DNA from: an uncultured Alphaproteobacteria bacterium
GTDB lineage: Bacteria > Pseudomonadota > Alphaproteobacteria > RF32 > CAG-239
Assembly: GCA_944392225.1 (NCBI GenBank)
Contig: CALXWB010000005.1
Coordinates: forward strand, 1-61,987
Length of the DNA: 61,987 nt
Direction of reading: 5' to 3'
Shown here: one piece after another, positions 17,876 to 27,873 of the stretch
Position numbering within the stretch: position 1 is the first letter of the stretch
Layout: every line of letters starts with the position of its first letter
Notes under the pieces: generated by a model
The model's database searches: none
Seen by the model: only the letters and a program-made list of their open reading frames with translations
What the model was told of the DNA's origin: nothing
Made by a program: the position numbers and the translations under genes

Positions 17876-20038
17876 ATGAGAAAACTTTTTCTTGCAATTT
17901 GTTTCATTCTTTTTGAGATTGCCCCCGCTTTGGCTGCCGTGCAACAAATTACCGATATTGATCAGGCCAAAAAAGATGCTCATTTTTCTCAAATTGAGCA
18001 AATGGAGAAAAATGCCGAATTTAAAAATTATATCCAAAGTATGAGCCCGCAAGAAATGGAAGAATATCTTAAAAGCCGAATTAAAAATGTTGTCATCACT
18101 CAGCTTGATGAAACGTCCGGCTTGGCCGGAGACGGCGCCATCAGCGTGCAAAAATCGCAAGAAATGCTTGAAAAAGAAGCTTGGGAAAAAAAGTCAACCT
18201 TTGAAAAAATTTATGAAAAATCTCTCAATTCCATCATCGATACATCGCAACCTCAGGCCAAAGCTCCCTTATATACGGATCAAACCGATGAAAATGTTAA
18301 TGTTCAGCCGCAGGCCGCCGATGATGCTCAAATTATGAGGGCTTATTTGCAACAACAAAAACAAGCCCTGCTTAACCAAAATATTAATATGATTGAGGTT
18401 TCTCTGCCGCCTTATAACAACAAAAGCCTTGTCCCGGCTATGGAACATATTCCTTATTTGTTTTCTAAAATTGAGATTTTGCCCGATGGTGTTTTGCACA
18501 TTACCGACACAATCATCGTTGTGGCTAACAACAAAAAAGTCAAAACTCCGCTCACACGCGTTTTCCCCAAATATGCTTTTGACCGCGAAAATAAAAGACA
18601 AAAACTTGACTTTAATCTTGCAAGCGTGACCATTAACGGGCAAGAGATTGATTATCAAATTGAAGATCAAAATAATTATGTCTTTTTCACACCCAAAGAA
18701 AATGCTCTTTTACAGCCCGGTGTTTATGAGTTTTCTTTTGACTACACGGTTGATAACCAGATTTTTGCTTATGATAATTTTGATGAATTTTATTGGAATG
18801 TCACCGGCAGCTCCTGGAACTTGGTGGTGGCCAAGGCCGGCGCTTTGGTCATTTTGCCGCCAAAGGCAAAATCTCTCGGTCAGGTGGCTTTTTCCGGCTA
18901 TGATAACCTAAAAACCGATAAAACCGTTCTCATATCCCAAGAAAGCGAAAATATGCTGGGGTTTGTTTCCACCGCACCGTTGTTCCTCGGTCAGGGCTTT
19001 GAAATCATTATATCTTTGCCTTCCGACAGCATCTTTGCTCCTTCCTGGGACAAAATCTTCTTGCGCCTGATTAATGCTTATGGCGATGTTATCTTTGCTT
19101 CTCTCGGACTTTTGTTTATTTTGTCAGCTTATCTTATCTCTTGGCGATATATTCAGAAAAACCGCCAAAAAGCTCAAAACTTTGCACAAAATGCTTATCT
19201 GCTGCGCTATTTTTACAATGGGAAAATTGATGCTAAAATCTTTGGTATCTTTCTTTTGAACCTGTTTAAGAAAAATATTATCGATATTGAAAAAAATGAT
19301 AATAACATTTTGCTCATTAAAAAGTCTGATAATCTGGCGCCGCTCAGCCGTTTGGAAAAAAAGGCATTAAACGCCATGTTTGCCAAAGATGAAGCCATTC
19401 TCAACCTTAACTCTTATGCCAAGCTCAAGGTCAAAAGAGCCTTTCTGTTGTTGAAAAAGTTTGTCTCTTTTAATGTGCATAAGCTTTTGCTCAAGCTCAA
19501 TATCGGCTATTTTGCTTTGAGTTTGATGATGTTATTGGTGGCTGAGGCAGGTATTGCAATGCTCTCTTATAATTTCAGTTATAACTTTTCTTTTTTGATT
19601 TTGGCTTCTGTTTTCTTTGCCTTATTTCTTTGGATATTCAAGAAAAAATTTGCCAAACGCGCCGTCAATCTGACCGCAAAAATTTTGGCGGGCTTTTTCA
19701 CGGCCGCAACCTTTTTTGCTCTTCTGGCCGTGGTCAACCCGATAACCGCAATTTTGCTCTTTGCCACGGTTTGCATTATTTGGAAGTTTAGTATTTTATA
19801 TGTGCAAAAAGACGGCCTTGCTCAAACTTATATTGCCGAAGCAAAAAAATATAAAGACTTGCTCTTGAAACAGGTTGATGCTTTTTCTGTCGGAAAAGAT
19901 TTTCTCAATCGACAAGCGGCCATCTATGCTCTTGATTGCGAAGAACAATATCCCAATAATGAGCTTATCAACACCTATTATAAGCTTGATATTGTGACTG
20001 AAGCAGACAAGAAAATCGGCTCTTTTTATGAAGCTTGA
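17876..20038 (+). CDS. DUF2207-like membrane protein (signal peptide, extracytoplasmic beta-rich domain, several TM segments)
   Basis: The ORF is 720 aa and begins with the signal peptide MRKLFLAICFILFEIAPALA. The segment DGVLHITDTIIV...YEFSFDYTV...FDEFYWNVTGSSW resembles the DUF2207 N-terminal domain. GAGG lies upstream of the ATG. Confidence 0.6.
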   Translation: MRKLFLAICFILFEIAPALAAVQQITDIDQAKKDAHFSQIEQMEKNAEFKNYIQSMSPQEMEEYLKSRIKNVVITQLDETSGLAGDGAISVQKSQEMLEKEAWEKKSTFEKIYEKSLNSIIDTSQPQAKAPLYTDQTDENVNVQPQAADDAQIMRAYLQQQKQALLNQNINMIEVSLPPYNNKSLVPAMEHIPYLFSKIEILPDGVLHITDTIIVVANNKKVKTPLTRVFPKYAFDRENKRQKLDFNLASVTINGQEIDYQIEDQNNYVFFTPKENALLQPGVYEFSFDYTVDNQIFAYDNFDEFYWNVTGSSWNLVVAKAGALVILPPKAKSLGQVAFSGYDNLKTDKTVLISQESENMLGFVSTAPLFLGQGFEIIISLPSDSIFAPSWDKIFLRLINAYGDVIFASLGLLFILSAYLISWRYIQKNRQKAQNFAQNAYLLRYFYNGKIDAKIFGIFLLNLFKKNIIDIEKNDNNILLIKKSDNLAPLSRLEKKALNAMFAKDEAILNLNSYAKLKVKRAFLLLKKFVSFNVHKLLLKLNIGYFALSLMMLLVAEAGIAMLSYNFSYNFSFLILASVFFALFLWIFKKKFAKRAVNLTAKILAGFFTAATFFALLAVVNPITAILLFATVCIIWKFSILYVQKDGLAQTYIAEAKKYKDLLLKQVDAFSVGKDFLNRQAAIYALDCEEQYPNNELINTYYKLDIVTEADKKIGSFYEA

Positions 20039-20916
20039 TTTTGATCGCGACAAAGTTTTGCATATTGATAATTTATATTGTTAATGAAAAATGCAAAAAT
20101 CAAAATTGCCGCAAAATTATACATAAACTCGCTCATCAAGACGGTCAGATAGCCATATTCTCCCGAATAGGCTCTTATGGTGCTTTGCAAGTTTCCATAC
20201 AGCAACATGGCGATAACAAAAATTATCATATAATTCAGTAAAATTTTGATAAAATTTCCGTCCGTCTTATGCCAAACCTGCCTCAGGCTGACCTCTTTTT
20301 CCGCAGTTATCATCGCTGATAAAAACGGATATATTTTGACCAAGAAAAACGGAATCAAGAACCCGATTGAAACAAAGGTAAAAAATATTAACTCCACGCG
20401 CCAATCAGGATTTGGGGTTCTCAAATATAATACCCAGCTGGATAAAACCGGCGCAAAATTTAAAAATATCAAAAACAAAAATACGGCGGCCAATTTCAGG
20501 CTTCTCCTGTCTGCATGCCAAACATAGGACCAAGAAAAACTTTCTTTACCCAAGGTTATCTCCGTCCATTTTACCGCAAAATATGAAAGAATGTAAAACT
20601 TGATAAAACTATAGGTGAGATATAGCCATGCCGAATCTGAACAATAAATATCAACATGAACTTCTTGATATAAGCATAGGTTGTTAAAGCCCGTTATTGT
20701 GGCGACAATAGATATCAATATGGCAGCCAGAGCACCCAAAATCAAAAAGATTTTAAAATAATCCAAAACGGGGTTGAAGGTTTCTCCAAGCAAGCGAAAA
20801 AAAGAAATTTTGACTTTTGCTTCATCAGCTTTTGCCGGAGCCAAAATTCCTCCCTCTTGGAAAAGGGTGCTATTTTGATATTTTTCTTTGAGTTTTATCA
20901 ATATCTTGTTCAGCAT
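20026..20916 (-). CDS. Hypothetical polytopic membrane protein
   Basis: The ORF is 296 aa with about 6 hydrophobic segments. It starts 2 nt after the dnaE stop, on the same strand. I recognise no family. Confidence 0.5.
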   Translation of the reverse strand: MLNKILIKLKEKYQNSTLFQEGGILAPAKADEAKVKISFFRLLGETFNPVLDYFKIFLILGALAAILISIVATITGFNNLCLYQEVHVDIYCSDSAWLYLTYSFIKFYILSYFAVKWTEITLGKESFSWSYVWHADRRSLKLAAVFLFLIFLNFAPVLSSWVLYLRTPNPDWRVELIFFTFVSIGFLIPFFLVKIYPFLSAMITAEKEVSLRQVWHKTDGNFIKILLNYMIIFVIAMLLYGNLQSTIRAYSGEYGYLTVLMSEFMYNFAAILIFAFFINNINYQYAKLCRDQNQAS

Positions 20917-20918
20917 GA

Positions 20919-23900
20919 CTAAAGCTCCTTAATGGTTGTTACCCCGGAAACGGCTCTGATTTTGCTCACCGTGTCATTGACAAAGGCAAAACCGCCGGCA
21001 AGTTCAATTCTCACATCCCAATCGGGAATCTCCGGCTTGATATATATTTTGTTGACCCCATTGTTATCATGGCGCAAAATTTCTTTTATCGGTTTGACGG
21101 CCGTTTCATTGTTGACATAAATAACCAAACCGTTTGAAACATTGGATATGGCTTGATCCAATGTTTCAACCATATTTATCATTGTGCGCGGCATGGCCTC
21201 TTCATTTTCTTTGGTGACGGAAACACTCACCAACAACGGCAAGCCGGAATTTATCACTTCTTCATATTTGGCCAAACCGTCCGAGAAGAGCAAGCCCTCA
21301 AAATTGCTGCTGCCGTCGGATAACTGCAAAAAGGCATATTTGTTGCCCGACTTGCTGATGCGCTTTTGAAAAGATGTCACGCATCCGGCCAATTTGGCAC
21401 GAATATTATCGCCGACGCGCACCCCGGCATAAACCTCGGCTGCCGGCTTGACGCCCAGTTTTTCCATCCCTTCGCGATAACTATCCAATGGGTGGGCAGA
21501 AATGTAAAAACCAATGGCCTCGGCCTCGAGTTTTAATTTTTCCAGCTCCGGCCAATCGGGCTTTTCAGCCAGTTTGACCTTGGTGTGCAACTCTTCAGTG
21601 CCGAACAATGAGGCCTGAGAACTGGTTTTGAGCTCGGTTGAGGCTGAGATATGCTGCAATATGGTTTCAATATTGGCAAAGATTTTGCCTCGGTTTTTAT
21701 CCAAACAATCAAAGGCGCCGGCTTTGATGAGTTGTTCCATTTGGCGACGGTTGATTTGCTTAAAATCTGTGCGGTGAATGAAATCTGACATATCTTTATA
21801 AGGGCCGTTTTTCTTTCTCTCATCAACAATGCTCTGCATATTGGCAGCGCCCACGCCTTTGATGGCGCCCAAAGCATAGCGGATATTTTCTCCCTCAACG
21901 GCAAAATCAGCCTCGGAATGGTTGATATCCGGCGGCAGAACCTTAAAGCCCAGCTTTTTGCATTCTTCTTTATAGTTTTGCAACTTGTCAACATTGGTCA
22001 TATCCAAGGTCATGACGGCACACATAAAGGCCACCGGGAAATGCGCTTTCAAATATGCGGTTTGATAAGACACCAGCGAATATGCCGCCGCGTGCGATTT
22101 GTTAAAGCCATAAGAAGCAAATTTTTCCATTTGGTCAAAAATGGCCGTGGCGGTGGCTTCGGGAATGCCTTTTTTCAAGGCACCTTCGGTAAACATGGCG
22201 CGCTGCTTTGGAATCTCATCGCGCATTTTTTTACCCATAACTTTGCGGAGCTTATCGGCACCGCCCATGGTATAGCCGCCCAAAACCTGCGCAATTTTCA
22301 TAACCTGCTCTTGGTAAACCATAATGCCGTAGGTTTCGCCCAGAATCGGAGCCAAATCAGGGTGTAGATAGGTGATTTCTTCTTCACCGTGCTTGCGTTT
22401 AATATAAGTCGGAATATTATCCATCGGGCCCGGACGATAGAGGGACACAATGGCGATTAAGTCTTCAAAACGGTCGGGACGAATCTGCTTGTGCACATCT
22501 TTCATGCCCGGAGATTCAAATTGGAACACGGCCGTGGTGTCACCCCTTGAGAGCATATCGTAAGTTTCTTTGTCATCCAGAGGAATCTTATCAATATCCA
22601 AGTCAATACCCTGGCTGATTTTTATCCAATCGACGGCTTTTTTGATGACGGTTAGAGTTTTCAGGCCCAAAAAGTCAAACTTAATCAAGCCGGTTTCTTC
22701 CACAAACTTCATATCATATTGGGTGACCGGCATATCGGCCTTGGGATCTTTATACAGCGGCACCAGCTCATCTAGCGGGCGGTCACCAATCACCACGCCG
22801 GCCGCGTGCATACCAGATTGTCTATACAGTCCTTCAAGCTTCATACCAATATCAAAAAGCTTGTTGATTTGCGGGTCGTTTTGGCGCATTTCTTCAAGCT
22901 CGGGCACTTGGTCCAACGACTCTTGCAACGTGGGGTTTTTGCCTTGCACACCGGGGGGAATCATTTTAGATATTTTATCAGCCTGCGCATAGGGCATTTG
23001 CAAAACACGTGCTACGTCTCTTATCACGTTTTTGGCTTGCAATTTGCCATAGGTGATGATTTGCGCCACATGGTCAAAGCCATATTTGTTTTGCACATAT
23101 TCAATGGTTTTATAGCGGTTTTCCTGGCAAAAGTCGACGTCAAAATCCGGCATGTTGACACGTTCCGGGTTCAAGAAACGTTCAAACAGCAAGTCTAATT
23201 TTAACGGGTCCAGGTCGGTGATTTTTAAAGACCAAGCCACAATGGACCCGGCGCCGGAACCACGCCCCGGCCCGACCGGCACGCCATGACCTTTAGACCA
23301 GCGGATAAAGTCTGACACGATGAGAAAGTAGCCGGGGAAGCCCATTTTTTTGATAACGCTCAGCTCATATTCCAAGCGGGCATAATAGCGCTCATCAATT
23401 TCTTTTTTTTCTTCTGCGGTCATCCCCTCATAATAAACATGGGCTTTCATGCGCTCGTTTAAGCCCTTATAGGCTTCTTCAGTGATGAACTCGTCTTGAG
23501 TTCGGCCGCCGGGGCATTCAAAAATCGGCAACAAGGGCTGCACTTTTTGTGAGATGAAGTTGCAACGCATGGCAATGTTGACCGTGTTTTCAATGGCTTC
23601 GGGCAAGTCTTTGAACAGTTCAACCATCTCTTCGGTGCTGCGCAGGCGGTTGTTGGGCGAATAGCGGCGGCGGTTTTCATTGGCCACATATTCGCCTTCG
23701 GCAATGCAAATCAGGGCATCGTGGGCTTCATACATATCCGCATTCATAAAATAAGCCTCGTTGGTGGCCACCAGCGGAATGTTATATTTATACGCCCAAT
23801 CGATGAAGGTGTCTTCAGTTTTCTTTTCTTGTTCCAAACCGATACGAGATATTTCCATATATAAACGGTTGCCAAAAATCTCACGGAGTTTGACAATGTT

Positions 23901-24389
23901 TTCTTCGGCCTCTTGTTTGCGATTTTCCAGAAGCAGGCGACCGGCTTGGCCTTCCCAACCAGCGGTTAGGCAAATCAGCCCCTCATTTAATTCTTCCAAA
24001 TCGCTCATTTTGAGCTGGGCACGCTCGCCTTTGGGTGGGTTATCCAGATAAGAGCGTTTCATCAGGTGCATGAGGTTTTTATAGCCGGTTTCGTTCATCA
24101 CCAAAATGATGATTTTATCCGGCTCAATCACGCGGCCTTTAGATTTGAGCAAGTCATCGGCATCGGGATTGCGCAGAAAGAACTGCGTGCCCAAAATGGG
24201 TTTCACGCCTTCATCCGAGGCATATTTGGACAAAGCCTTGCCGCAGAACAAATTGGCCGTATCGGTGATGGCGATGGCAGGGATATTATGATCATGCATA
24301 TAGTGGATTAATTTGGGCACAAGAATGGCGCCTTCCGACAAAGAATAAGCGGAATGAACGCGCAGGTGAACAAATTTTGGTGCCGACAT
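20919..24389 (-). CDS. dnaE: DNA polymerase III alpha subunit DnaE
   Basis: It has a PHP N-terminus (FVHLRVHSAYSLSEGA), a pol IIIalpha core and a C-terminal OB region. I moved the start to ATG 24389, because the 61-codon upstream extension in the ORF track has no homolog-like sequence. Confidence 0.95.
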   Translation of the reverse strand: MSAPKFVHLRVHSAYSLSEGAILVPKLIHYMHDHNIPAIAITDTANLFCGKALSKYASDEGVKPILGTQFFLRNPDADDLLKSKGRVIEPDKIIILVMNETGYKNLMHLMKRSYLDNPPKGERAQLKMSDLEELNEGLICLTAGWEGQAGRLLLENRKQEAEENIVKLREIFGNRLYMEISRIGLEQEKKTEDTFIDWAYKYNIPLVATNEAYFMNADMYEAHDALICIAEGEYVANENRRRYSPNNRLRSTEEMVELFKDLPEAIENTVNIAMRCNFISQKVQPLLPIFECPGGRTQDEFITEEAYKGLNERMKAHVYYEGMTAEEKKEIDERYYARLEYELSVIKKMGFPGYFLIVSDFIRWSKGHGVPVGPGRGSGAGSIVAWSLKITDLDPLKLDLLFERFLNPERVNMPDFDVDFCQENRYKTIEYVQNKYGFDHVAQIITYGKLQAKNVIRDVARVLQMPYAQADKISKMIPPGVQGKNPTLQESLDQVPELEEMRQNDPQINKLFDIGMKLEGLYRQSGMHAAGVVIGDRPLDELVPLYKDPKADMPVTQYDMKFVEETGLIKFDFLGLKTLTVIKKAVDWIKISQGIDLDIDKIPLDDKETYDMLSRGDTTAVFQFESPGMKDVHKQIRPDRFEDLIAIVSLYRPGPMDNIPTYIKRKHGEEEITYLHPDLAPILGETYGIMVYQEQVMKIAQVLGGYTMGGADKLRKVMGKKMRDEIPKQRAMFTEGALKKGIPEATATAIFDQMEKFASYGFNKSHAAAYSLVSYQTAYLKAHFPVAFMCAVMTLDMTNVDKLQNYKEECKKLGFKVLPPDINHSEADFAVEGENIRYALGAIKGVGAANMQSIVDERKKNGPYKDMSDFIHRTDFKQINRRQMEQLIKAGAFDCLDKNRGKIFANIETILQHISASTELKTSSQASLFGTEELHTKVKLAEKPDWPELEKLKLEAEAIGFYISAHPLDSYREGMEKLGVKPAAEVYAGVRVGDNIRAKLAGCVTSFQKRISKSGNKYAFLQLSDGSSNFEGLLFSDGLAKYEEVINSGLPLLVSVSVTKENEEAMPRTMINMVETLDQAISNVSNGLVIYVNNETAVKPIKEILRHDNNGVNKIYIKPEIPDWDVRIELAGGFAFVNDTVSKIRAVSGVTTIKEL

Positions 24390-24426
24390 CAGAATCCCTT
24401 TGGTAACAGAAAATTTTCTGAGCTTG

Positions 24427-24454
24427 ATTATAACAAGGGTCTTGAGTTTCTCAA
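24427..24454 (-). promoter_or_regulatory. Candidate sigma70-type promoter of dnaE (-35 TTGAGA, 16-nt spacer, -10 TATAAT)
   Basis: On the minus strand, ttgaga lies at 24449-24454 and tataat at 24427-24432. A 14-nt palindrome CAGAAAATTTTCTG (24405-24418) follows in the leader. Confidence 0.45.
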
Positions 24455-24593
24455 CCTTTAAATCTGTTATTTTGCTTTTTATAAACAAAAAAATCTGTTT
24501 CGTCTTTGTGATTTTTTTGAACAGAACATTCTTTGGTGTATTTGACGGCACAACGAAAGCGCCACAAGTCACATAAAAAAGATATATTCTTGC

Positions 24594-26597
24594 TTAAAAC
24601 AAGCGTAACACGGCTTGGCTGGCTTGAGAAGCGAGGCTTAATGAATTAATAGCCAGTTGCTGTTGCGTTTGCAGGGAGAGCATGTTGGCGCTTTCTTCAT
24701 TCATATCAGCCAATGTTAATTTATCCGCACCTTCTTGCAATACATTAATCAGATTATCGGTGAATGTCTCACGCTCGGTGATAATCGAATAATAGTTGCC
24801 AAGTTTGGTCGATGCTGAACGCAAAGTGTTTTTGGCATTAATCACTTGCTCAAGACTTGTCTGCACGTCTTTGGCCTTGGACCAATCAGCCATCATCATA
24901 CCGATTTTATCCGAGCTTAAATCCACACCCATCACATCCAAAGTGGCGCTACGATTTTCATTAAAAATCACTTTGAGGTCGTCTGCTTGAAGTAAGTTCA
25001 CACCCTTATAAGAACTATCTTTAATCAAAGAATCATATTGCGACAGGGCATTGTTAAACTGCTTTTGATAAACCTCTCGGTTGGCTTGCTCTTCTGCCTC
25101 TTTCTCCGCCTGCGCCGCCTTCTCTTGCTCTTGTTCTTTCACCACATCACCGGCCGTTTTCCAAGCTTCCGTTGTCTCAGAAGAAACTGTTGCTGTAAAA
25201 TTGTCGGCAGTTATTTTTGTCGCTGCTGTGGCCGATTGTGTTGAATAATCATCTTTAACCTCATACCATGAAGTATTGCCGTCTTTTTCGAAAGCTATTT
25301 TAGCTCCTTGAGCAATATCTAAAAGCCCAGAGACTGCACTAGCACTATATTCTATATAAAACCCGATATTTTTGGTATTTAACAAAATTTGAGCTGAGGA
25401 GCCTATATGACACTCTGTTGAATTAGGAATAGAAAAGCCTATGGCATTGTTTGCTGTAACTTTAACATTTCCCATAATATTTAATTTTGTATTCTGATAC
25501 AGGCAAAAACCATAGGAATTTGTTCCACTTGTTTCTATATTTACATCAGCATCGGCAAAAATATTTGTCTCTGCACCAGTAACTTGAGTGTAAATACCAA
25601 CAGAAATATTTCCTGTCGTTTTGATGTTTACATAAGCTCCACCCATAATATTTGTTGTAGCAAGGTTATCTGTTAATATTCCTTTTCCATTGGTTCCATC
25701 TGTTTTGATGTTGAGTTGCGTATTTGCGGTAATATTAAGAATAGACCGATTAAAGGCATTATAAATTCCATAAGCGTATTGTCCAGATGATTGTATATTA
25801 ATTTTTCCGCTTAAATTTCCAATTGCACCAGATCTAATACCAATTCCTGCACGATGAACTTCTGATCCGTTAAATTCAGTTTTAATATTTAAATTTTCTA
25901 AATTACCAACAATATTTTGTCCTTGTATATTAATCGCAAACAAATTTCCAGAATCCGCACTATTCTCATAATCCAAATTCAAATCACTGACCAGGCAGTT
26001 TGCTTTTGAGATATTAATAAGGTTTTTCTCTTTTACTGTTGCTGTCGCCGAAATACTCGAAAACTCTTCGCCCTCGGTGCCGAAATTGCCATAATAGTTG
26101 ACGCCGACGAGTTTTTGGTTTTCTTGGAGCTCCAAGCCGCCTGTGGTGGAGATGTCACCTAAATCTATTTTGCCATAAACGCAGATTTCTTCTTTGCCGC
26201 TATCAACCGCCGCGCGCAGCTCTTCGGCATTGGTTACGACCGCACCATTACTGCCGACCAGCTTTTCAAAATAGCTCTTCTCCGGCACATAAACCCCGGT
26301 GTTGACCTGCTCGGCTATTGCTTTCATTTGGGAGAGTAAATCTTCCGCTTTCTCTATCCCTTCGGTGGCGGCTTTGATGGTTTGCACCGATTGTCCCATC
26401 GAATCAAGCAATGCTGACAAATCCTCAGCTCGGTTGGTGAGCGAGCTGGCGGTGTAATAGGAACTGGGATTATCTATGGCGGAATTGACCTTGAGGCCGG
26501 TGGATAAGCGCAATTGCGTGCTGTCTTGCAACTTTGCTATTTGTTGCAAGCTTAACAAATTGCTGCGCATGGACGCTGTTAAACTTATTTCTGACAT
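24594..26597 (-). CDS. Flagellin-family protein, copy 2: a paralog of 337-2349 with a diverged central repeat core
   Basis: The first 188 aa differ from copy 1 at 4 positions. The last 189 aa are about 90% identical. The core keeps the N-I / T-S-G / Y-G-I periodicity, but most residues differ. The start is ATG at 26597. Confidence 0.8.
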   Translation of the reverse strand: MSEISLTASMRSNLLSLQQIAKLQDSTQLRLSTGLKVNSAIDNPSSYYTASSLTNRAEDLSALLDSMGQSVQTIKAATEGIEKAEDLLSQMKAIAEQVNTGVYVPEKSYFEKLVGSNGAVVTNAEELRAAVDSGKEEICVYGKIDLGDISTTGGLELQENQKLVGVNYYGNFGTEGEEFSSISATATVKEKNLINISKANCLVSDLNLDYENSADSGNLFAINIQGQNIVGNLENLNIKTEFNGSEVHRAGIGIRSGAIGNLSGKINIQSSGQYAYGIYNAFNRSILNITANTQLNIKTDGTNGKGILTDNLATTNIMGGAYVNIKTTGNISVGIYTQVTGAETNIFADADVNIETSGTNSYGFCLYQNTKLNIMGNVKVTANNAIGFSIPNSTECHIGSSAQILLNTKNIGFYIEYSASAVSGLLDIAQGAKIAFEKDGNTSWYEVKDDYSTQSATAATKITADNFTATVSSETTEAWKTAGDVVKEQEQEKAAQAEKEAEEQANREVYQKQFNNALSQYDSLIKDSSYKGVNLLQADDLKVIFNENRSATLDVMGVDLSSDKIGMMMADWSKAKDVQTSLEQVINAKNTLRSASTKLGNYYSIITERETFTDNLINVLQEGADKLTLADMNEESANMLSLQTQQQLAINSLSLASQASQAVLRLF

Positions 26598-26707
26598 ATC
26601 CACCAACTACTTTTTGATATATTGCAATACTTTGGATGCGGCTTTCTTACTCAAACCTTTTCATCCATATTCAAAACTAGCACATTTTGAGTTAATGTTT
26701 GGTTAAC
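26598..26707 (-). promoter_or_regulatory. Conserved flagellin leader/promoter region, copy 2
   Basis: It is the counterpart of 2350-2459. The 17-mer at 26691-26707 is identical. The region abuts the stop of the chromate-transporter gene. Confidence 0.5.
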
Positions 26708-26718
26708 ATGAAAAAATT

Positions 26719-27237
26719 TCACAACTTGAACACTATTCCGATTATGGCAGAAAGTATAATATAAAAAATGGGGCTTTTTTTATAAAAATGAATGGCTGTC
26801 CAGAACAAAACAAACATGGCAAAAGTTTGCCAATTTATCACCGCCAATTTGGCAACTTCCCAACCTGCAAAAAGAATGAGCGCAATCACGGCCGGACGAA
26901 TCCCCGATAGCACGCTTTCTACCCATATGTTGTTTCTGAACTTGCCTAAAAGTTTGGATATCAGCATTATGATAATCACCGATGGGCTGACCAAGCCTAA
27001 AGTTGCCACAGCGGCGCCACCAACCCCGGCGGCTTTGAAACCGGCATAGGTTGCCATATTTACCCCCAAAGGCCCCGGCGTGGACTCTGAAATGGCTATC
27101 ATATCGGCTAAATCTTGCGCCGTGAACCATGGATAAACCTCGGCCAAGTCAAACAAAAACGGCACGGTGACCAAGCCCCCGCCAATGGCAAACAAACCAA
27201 CTTTGAAAAACTCGTAAAACAGGAGCAAATATATCAT
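26719..27237 (-). CDS. Chromate transporter (CHR) family protein, short-chain, second of a pair
   Basis: The ORF is 172 aa and carries FKVGLFAIGGGLVTVPFL...STPGPLGVNMATY. It has an ATGA overlap with the upstream partner. Confidence 0.8.
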   Translation of the reverse strand: MIYLLLFYEFFKVGLFAIGGGLVTVPFLFDLAEVYPWFTAQDLADMIAISESTPGPLGVNMATYAGFKAAGVGGAAVATLGLVSPSVIIIMLISKLLGKFRNNIWVESVLSGIRPAVIALILFAGWEVAKLAVINWQTFAMFVLFWTAIHFYKKSPIFYIILSAIIGIVFKL

Positions 27238-27785
27238 TTTCTTGCTCCTTTCTTCTGCCCAAACTTATAAATGCCAATGCCGGCAGCAGAGGCCAAAACC
27301 ACAATCCACACGGCAGACAGATTGAGCCATAACAGCAATGCCGCACTCACCAGAAAAATGGCAAAAGCCCATTTGTCTTTCACCCCTTTTTTCCAGAGGC
27401 CGAGCAATGTATCGGCTATTAAGGCCGTGACAGCCACGCGAATCCCGGCAAAGGCATAGCCTAAATACGCATTGTGCATATATTTTGCCAAAACTGCCGC
27501 AATCAGCATGATAATCAACAGCGAGGGCATAATCATGCCTAAAGTGGCCACGCAGCCGCCAATCACCCCTTTTTGCTTATAACCGATGAAGGTGGAAACA
27601 TTCACCGCAATCACCCCCGGAGTGCACTGGCCAATGGAATAATAGTCCAAAAGTTCTTCGTCCGTGGTCCATTTGCGGCGGCGCACCAACTCGTCTTGCA
27701 ACAAGGGCAACATGGCATAGCCCCCGCCAAAGGTGAACATGCCGACTTTGAAAAAAGTTATGAAAAGCAAAAGTAGTTGTTTCAT
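27234..27785 (-). CDS. Chromate transporter (CHR) family protein, short-chain, first of a pair
   Basis: It carries FKVGMFTFGGGYAMLPLLQDELV...QCTPGVIAVNVSTF. I prefer the ATG at 27785, because the longer track ORF would overlap the pntAA start. Confidence 0.8.
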   Translation of the reverse strand: MKQLLLLFITFFKVGMFTFGGGYAMLPLLQDELVRRRKWTTDEELLDYYSIGQCTPGVIAVNVSTFIGYKQKGVIGGCVATLGMIMPSLLIIMLIAAVLAKYMHNAYLGYAFAGIRVAVTALIADTLLGLWKKGVKDKWAFAIFLVSAALLLWLNLSAVWIVVLASAAGIGIYKFGQKKGARK

Positions 27786-27873
27786 GAAAAAAATTTTTCC
27801 GTTGTATATTTTGTTTTGCTGTTTATATTTATTTAGAGTTTTACCGCAAATCAACTTTCTGTAAAGGCCAAAA

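Noticed and set aside
24390-24572. A 61-codon N-terminal extension of the dnaE ORF in the six-frame track.
   Set aside because: The conserved PHP domain begins right after the internal ATG at 24389. The extension has no homolog-like sequence and contains the candidate dnaE promoter (TTGAGA-16 nt-TATAAT).
26719-27785. The chromate transporter is split into two ORFs, which could indicate a frameshifted pseudogene.
   Set aside because: Each half is a complete CHR-domain protein beginning with the FKVG..GGG motif, and the two are joined by an ATGA overlap. This is the known short-chain CHR pair arrangement, as in the Bacillus YwrA/YwrB type.
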